Shown: positions 56,601 to 60,714 of the stretch, in pieces
Position numbering within the stretch: the first letter of the stretch is position 1
Layout of the letters: every line of letters starts with the position of its first letter
Source of the DNA: a virus
Lineage: Duplodnaviria; Caudoviricetes
Length of the DNA stretch: 60,714 nt
Strand: one strand, 5' to 3'
IMG/VR virus record: IMGVR_UViG_3300042890_000355
Coordinates: 1-60,714 of that record
Made by a program: the position numbers and the translations under genes
The notes under the pieces: model-generated
Databases searched by the model: none
The model's input: only the letters and a program-made list of their open reading frames with translations
Told to the model about the DNA's origin: nothing

Positions 56601-58969
56601 TAACGCTGTGCCTTAGAGATCAATCCATGTAGTGTTTCGTGAGCGTTTGTGTGCTCATCGCCAGCGTAAGCCTTAGCCATCTGAATGGAGTCATCAGCGT
56701 AACGGTACACGCCAGCCACACCAGCACCTACGTTACCCGGCTTCTTCAGCTTAATCTTTGTAGCTACGCCACGACCCAACTCACCAATGCGCCGAATAGC
56801 TGGGTTCTTACTCTTAGCCAAAGTCTCAGCTAATTGTGCAAAGTTTCCAGCGTCATTAGCAGCACGAACCTCTAAGTTGTTTGATGTAATAGGCATCCTT
56901 GCTTTGAATTCAGCAAGGTTTTTAGGCATCTCAGTACTTGGAGTAGGTGGTTCAACTTCTACAGGAGGAGGTTCCACTGGAGGGGGAGGTTCAACCACAG
57001 GAGGTCTACCTGAAGTACCGGGAGCAGGAGGTTCCATCTCACCATATACCTGAGTAGCAGGCTTGGTAACAGGAGGACGCTCTGGGCCTTCTGGTGTAGG
57101 TGTTAGCGTAGCACTAACAGGCAATGTGCGATCACCACGAGGCTTACCAACTTCAGCAGAAATAAACCAAGGTTCACCGTTACCTTGATAGTTCAACGGC
57201 AAAGGTTTGCCGGCACGTTGCTCGGCGGCAATAGCAGCTTCTACATCTTCACGAGTAACGATACCAGACTCAAAGTCCTTAACCAAACGCATAGACGCAG
57301 GCGTATTAGTACGTCGAGCAATCTCAATGTATGCGTTAACTGGGTCAATGATAGGCGTGGACTCAGGTTTGTTAATAGCCGTGCCTTCCAAGCCTTTAGT
57401 AAACTTAACTGGTACGTCCAAAGATTGAATAGCAAACTTACCCGCATCTGTTGGGTGAGGAACAATAGTCAGGCTATTAGGATCACCGCCTTGGTTTTGA
57501 AGCATGTTACGCATCACCAACAAACGGTTCTTTGCGGCACGTTCTTCAAGGGGACGGTTGTCTACAATCTTAGGTACAGGTGTGTCTTCCACGGTCACAT
57601 CTGCTGGCATAACGCCGGGAGTTTTAGATGACGCACCAGTAGGAAGTCCTGCCTCTAAACGCAAGCGATCAATCTCAGCTTGCTTGGCTTCCAACTCTGC
57701 ACGAGGTGTAGCTTGTGGCATCTGCTCATTCAAGCTAGGCTGTACCACGGGAGTAGAAGCGGCGCGAGCAGCCTTCTCTTGTGGTGATTCAGGAAGCGTA
57801 CCAGCAAGAGCCTTTGCTTCTTCATCGGCTTTTTGCTGGAGCATTAACAGACGCTGACGATTAGCTTCCTCAGATGTCAGCATCTCAGGAGTAGTTTCTT
57901 CTGGACGGGTAACACCAGTAATAGCCTCAACTTGCTGTTGCAACGCAGGCTGAACAACAGGTTGCTCTGGAGGAGGAGGTGGTGGTGGCTCAATCTCAGG
58001 AGCAGCAGGACGACGAGCCAAGCCAGCCGCACCACCCAAACCTACACCACCGATAGTGGCCATAGCCGCAGCTTCACCCAGACCTTCAGTCAAACTCTGC
58101 TCAGGTTTAACCTGTTGCATGGCCAAGTTAGAAACAAACTTACCGCCAACCTCTTCAGGAATCTCACCCACTGTCTCACCAACAGCAGTACCGCCAGCCG
58201 TTCTAAGACGACCAGTAAGACCAGCCGCTCCTTTACCGGGAACACCTGCCAATACTTCCTCAAGCTGACGAGCACCGGGTAGGCGCTGAGCCAAGAGAGA
58301 AATAACACCGGCGGAAGCACCAGCTTGACGGGCTAAAGTTAAAGCACCCTGAGCGGCTTCAGTATCAGAAGCACCTTTACTCTTAAGTTCTTTGTAGATG
58401 TTCTCGTATGCGTTAGCACCTACGTCAGCACCTTGCTGTACACCACCAGCACCAACCGCGCCGGAGACAGCCGCTTTACCAGCCGCAGCTTCGCCCGCAC
58501 CCAGACCTCTAGCCGCCATACCAACGCCACGAGCAGCGCCAAATGGGACTAATAGTTGTGGAGCTTGCTCAGCCAAGAATGTAAGGAGCAGTGCAGGATC
58601 TTTAACAGTCTCACCAAGTGCAGTTCCAAATGCTTGGAACTGACCTTCCTTAGCAGACTCAGCAATCTTCCTTGCCCGCTCAGCCTCACGAGCCTTAAGC
58701 CCAGCAGACTTCATCTCCTCAGCATACTTCTGGAGATCTTTACCAAGCTCCATAGAAGTACTGTCCTGCATGTTGCCAGTCACCAAACCAGCAAGCTGGC
58801 CGGGTAAAGCAACAAGAGAACCTATACCACCTACGACACCAGCACCGATGTCCTTGGTAGCTTCCCCAAACGTTCTCTCTGTAGTAGCAGGAGCTTTAGC
58901 TTTGGGCTGGAATTTTGACCATGGCCCCTCTTGGGCAGCATAAGATTCCCAAGGTTTATTATCGGCCAT
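53615..58969 (-). CDS. Large internal virion/ejection protein with zincin-like HExxH and LPD38-like C-terminal domain
   Basis: 1784 aa; AHETLH...EFTAEA; VPFMNARIQG and RIPKPFEIG motifs. Confidence 0.75.
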   Translation of the reverse strand: MADNKPWESYAAQEGPWSKFQPKAKAPATTERTFGEATKDIGAGVVGGIGSLVALPGQLAGLVTGNMQDSTSMELGKDLQKYAEEMKSAGLKAREAERARKIAESAKEGQFQAFGTALGETVKDPALLLTFLAEQAPQLLVPFGAARGVGMAARGLGAGEAAAGKAAVSGAVGAGGVQQGADVGANAYENIYKELKSKGASDTEAAQGALTLARQAGASAGVISLLAQRLPGARQLEEVLAGVPGKGAAGLTGRLRTAGGTAVGETVGEIPEEVGGKFVSNLAMQQVKPEQSLTEGLGEAAAMATIGGVGLGGAAGLARRPAAPEIEPPPPPPPEQPVVQPALQQQVEAITGVTRPEETTPEMLTSEEANRQRLLMLQQKADEEAKALAGTLPESPQEKAARAASTPVVQPSLNEQMPQATPRAELEAKQAEIDRLRLEAGLPTGASSKTPGVMPADVTVEDTPVPKIVDNRPLEERAAKNRLLVMRNMLQNQGGDPNSLTIVPHPTDAGKFAIQSLDVPVKFTKGLEGTAINKPESTPIIDPVNAYIEIARRTNTPASMRLVKDFESGIVTREDVEAAIAAEQRAGKPLPLNYQGNGEPWFISAEVGKPRGDRTLPVSATLTPTPEGPERPPVTKPATQVYGEMEPPAPGTSGRPPVVEPPPPVEPPPVEVEPPTPSTEMPKNLAEFKARMPITSNNLEVRAANDAGNFAQLAETLAKSKNPAIRRIGELGRGVATKIKLKKPGNVGAGVAGVYRYADDSIQMAKAYAGDEHTNAHETLHGLISKAQRYPTERQKPIVEQIEKLYKHVKKELRRQGKDFYGLTNEREFTAEAMTNPEFQYELMQISYGGRRSAWTAFTRMVAELLGIKDVNALTEVMNLVDRLAQTKQPKGVKVDKGEVDYSEMTDQMEIPKSVSEVKQKVSTALQKQKPLAAETMQGVNQEFTDAANRVFKPQTRTIVEKITDMQDRFWQRLAQGIADQYRTIKDYSPVGYMQARLSKTVDGALEGILFNGHVFNDGGALNIKPNTKGLIETLKPVGSEVDRYQMWVALNRESNLPPEKKSRSPDMDYMVANRKQLSEGTINGKPRAEVYAAVLKDMNNLNRSVLDVALDQGLIDQFSYDNFVRDIYYIPFYRQMEDGDLQGAQTSAGLTRQQFSKALKGGGERPFGDLMENTLRNWSHILSASMKNQAAVTTVKDAEKLDAVEKATEAGPDTVKVMEDGNPVYYTIKDPLLLESITSIGYMGPKSKFLDVSRDFKNILQYGVTISPAFKVNNLFRDSVQAMAVSGLKKNPFANVVEGWVATDKNNPAHISALAGGAIFNFGTAYEGNQAKLIKRLLAKGVKEADILDTPDKIKAGLAKLWSAYEDAGNKSEAANRMALYNQLREQGLSHLQASYEARDLMDFSMQGSWSAFRYLTQVVPFMNARIQGLYKLGRDGIVPTGRVLYNSMTGKELDLSDKKKAEAFSIISGAVCLASLALYYGFKDDEEYQKRDNWDRDNFWWIKLPGMEAALRIPKPFEIGALGTIAERTAEQIFDENAEGKQFTDALSRMVWDTFAMNPLPQIFKPIVDLYSNKDSFTGSPIETAGMEALSKAERKTENTSPLALALAPVLNIALPEKAELSPVQVDYAIKGYFGWLGGTAATTSMYAVAPFKEGEYPDTKWMDRASLGFVKSLPANQSFYTTSFYENNKQIQQAFADMRHYSEIGEIDKVQQIYEEKGDKIALQKMYTQTSKQMANIRKQIQVVTADTGMDGATKREQIDQMKELISMLAKQAEDVRKSMK

Positions 58970-58975
58970 GATGTG

Positions 58976-60714
58976 TTAAACCTTTTCCCAGTTATTTTTA
59001 TCAGCAGGATTGCCGCCTTTAAATCTAAAGCCCTCTTGGATAGATCCAACCGTAGGGCCACCACTGGAATCAATAATACCATTGCGACGCTCAATTGCCG
59101 TCATAATTTCTTGCGCTCTAGCCCTTGCTTCAGCTTTCTGCTTAGGATCATCAGCAATACGAGCTTGCATCTTATAGTTATCGTCCTTCTCAGCCAAAGC
59201 CAAACGTTTGATGGCATTAGCTTCAGCCGCTAACTGGGGTTTACTGCCAGTCTTTACACGCTCAATAGTCTTCATGAAATCTTCAGCAGCAGCTTCGCCT
59301 CTGGTTCTCTTAATGTCTGCATACTGTTGCATTAAACGCTCAGTCTCACCGGGCTTCATAGATGTAGCTTGATTGATACGAGCCACTTCTAACTGTGTAA
59401 GATTGTTAGCACGAGCGACACGTTCAGAAGATTCATTCTGAGCCATTGCATTAGCCACTTGACCCTGCAATTGAGTACGTTGTTGAGTGAGTTCAGCAAT
59501 CTTAACTTTACTCTCGTACACAGCTTTGCTGTCACCACGCTCTTCAGCACGGCGTAGGTTAGCAATCTCATACTTAGTCTTAGCATCGTTGTCAGCTAAC
59601 TGCTGTTGCTTCTCTTGGAAGGCTAATGCACGTTCTTCGGCGGCAGTAGCTGATGCACCAAGTGATCGACCAGTACCAGCAAACAAAGCACCAATACCTT
59701 TTCGGCCACGAGTAGCTTCACCGCCTTCAATTAAAGCATTGAAGAAGTCACGCTTAGAACGAGCAGCTTCTATGTCTTCTCTTTTCAAAGCATCTTCTCT
59801 GCGCTTCTGTTCGCGGTCAGTCATGTACTTTGTGTACTCTTCGCCAATAGGAGCTTGCTTAGGAGGCTCGTATACTGGGGGCAAATCACCTATGCCTTGT
59901 CCAGACAATAGCTTCTCTTGGAAAGCCTGTGCCGCGCTCTTAGCTGGCGCAGGTGCTACAGGACGCTGAATGCCACCTGTAGGAGCACGTTGTGGTGCAG
60001 GCCCAGCAATTCCACCGGGTGGAATGTTAGGAGCATTCACTGGATAGCGAGGAACCATGCGGTCTCCGGGGCCAGCAGATGTAATCATTGGCGAAGCTGG
60101 AGCAGTCGGGGAAGAAGGACGAGCTTGAGCCATGATAGCTTCACCCAAGTTCTGATCTGCACCCATAGAAGGAGCACCTTCACCCGTAGGTCTAGGAGTA
60201 GAAGGACTACCTTCAGCATTACCCAATCCACCAATCATGGACAACAATCCACGCAAGCCACCAGAGAATCCTTTAGCGGCACTAGCGCCGGGCAAAGCTA
60301 CCATAGTATTGTTAATGTTGCGCTCTAACCCAGTAGGCATACGGCCAGAAGGAGCCGGTGCTTGAAATGTTTGTCCGGGAATCTGCTCAGACATGTCAGG
60401 TCTAGCTACGTTAGCTTCTATCTGTTGAGGTGTAGGAGGCACAGGACGGGGGTTAATCTTAGCCATCTCCTGAGCAAAACGATTACCAGCTTGAAAGCCG
60501 GGAATAGTAGTGTCAACTTCTGGAGGTGGTTCAATAACATCACGAGGCTCTGTACCTTCACGCTGTTTCATGCGTTTAAGGATAGCTTTAGCTTCTTTCT
60601 TACTAAGCTCTTCACCCTCATCACCACCGCCTGCGAAAGCAATGATGCCACCAGAACCAAACTCCATGTCGCCTATTGGCAAAGATGTCAAACCACCAGC
60701 AGCCATAGCCATCT
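58976..60714 (-). CDS. Internal virion protein, probably 5'-truncated
   Basis: MAAGGL, GGIIAFAGGG, coiled coils, C-terminal FKGGNPADKNNWEK. Confidence 0.7.
   Translation of the reverse strand, partial: MAMAAGGLTSLPIGDMEFGSGGIIAFAGGGDEGEELSKKEAKAILKRMKQREGTEPRDVIEPPPEVDTTIPGFQAGNRFAQEMAKINPRPVPPTPQQIEANVARPDMSEQIPGQTFQAPAPSGRMPTGLERNINNTMVALPGASAAKGFSGGLRGLLSMIGGLGNAEGSPSTPRPTGEGAPSMGADQNLGEAIMAQARPSSPTAPASPMITSAGPGDRMVPRYPVNAPNIPPGGIAGPAPQRAPTGGIQRPVAPAPAKSAAQAFQEKLLSGQGIGDLPPVYEPPKQAPIGEEYTKYMTDREQKRREDALKREDIEAARSKRDFFNALIEGGEATRGRKGIGALFAGTGRSLGASATAAEERALAFQEKQQQLADNDAKTKYEIANLRRAEERGDSKAVYESKVKIAELTQQRTQLQGQVANAMAQNESSERVARANNLTQLEVARINQATSMKPGETERLMQQYADIKRTRGEAAAEDFMKTIERVKTGSKPQLAAEANAIKRLALAEKDDNYKMQARIADDPKQKAEARARAQEIMTAIERRNGIIDSSGGPTVGSIQEGFRFKGGNPADKNNWEKV

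Overview
Most of a circularly permuted tailed-phage genome. A podovirus-like virion and a freshwater Gram-negative host are inferences. The minus strand carries packaging, head, tail and lysis genes (1-35130, 53615-60714) and a replication block (40756-47779: primase, SF2 helicase, ParB-like protein). The plus strand carries small early genes (35421-40773) and a recombination operon (47818-53609). I saw no integrase, DNA polymerase, tRNA or classical CRISPR array. The standout locus is 47818-49391. A sigma70 promoter drives a non-coding array of four tracts of phased GG(Y/A)NN pentamers (12, 15, 11 and 10 units), each followed by structured hairpin 'handles' with compensatory changes. Directly downstream are a stand-alone Cas7/RAMP-like gene, a coupled accessory gene and a Cas4-like nuclease. 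This looks like a minimal phage RNA-guided system in which the variable NN dinucleotides encode a gapped target (VIPR-like). Other notable items: an ADP-heptose / putative PAPS / sulfotransferase-glycosyltransferase cluster interleaved with four RCC1 beta-propeller genes; a 20-bp quasi-palindrome in 9 copies genome-wide; a 15-bp junction repeat between early genes; and two candidate structured RNAs.
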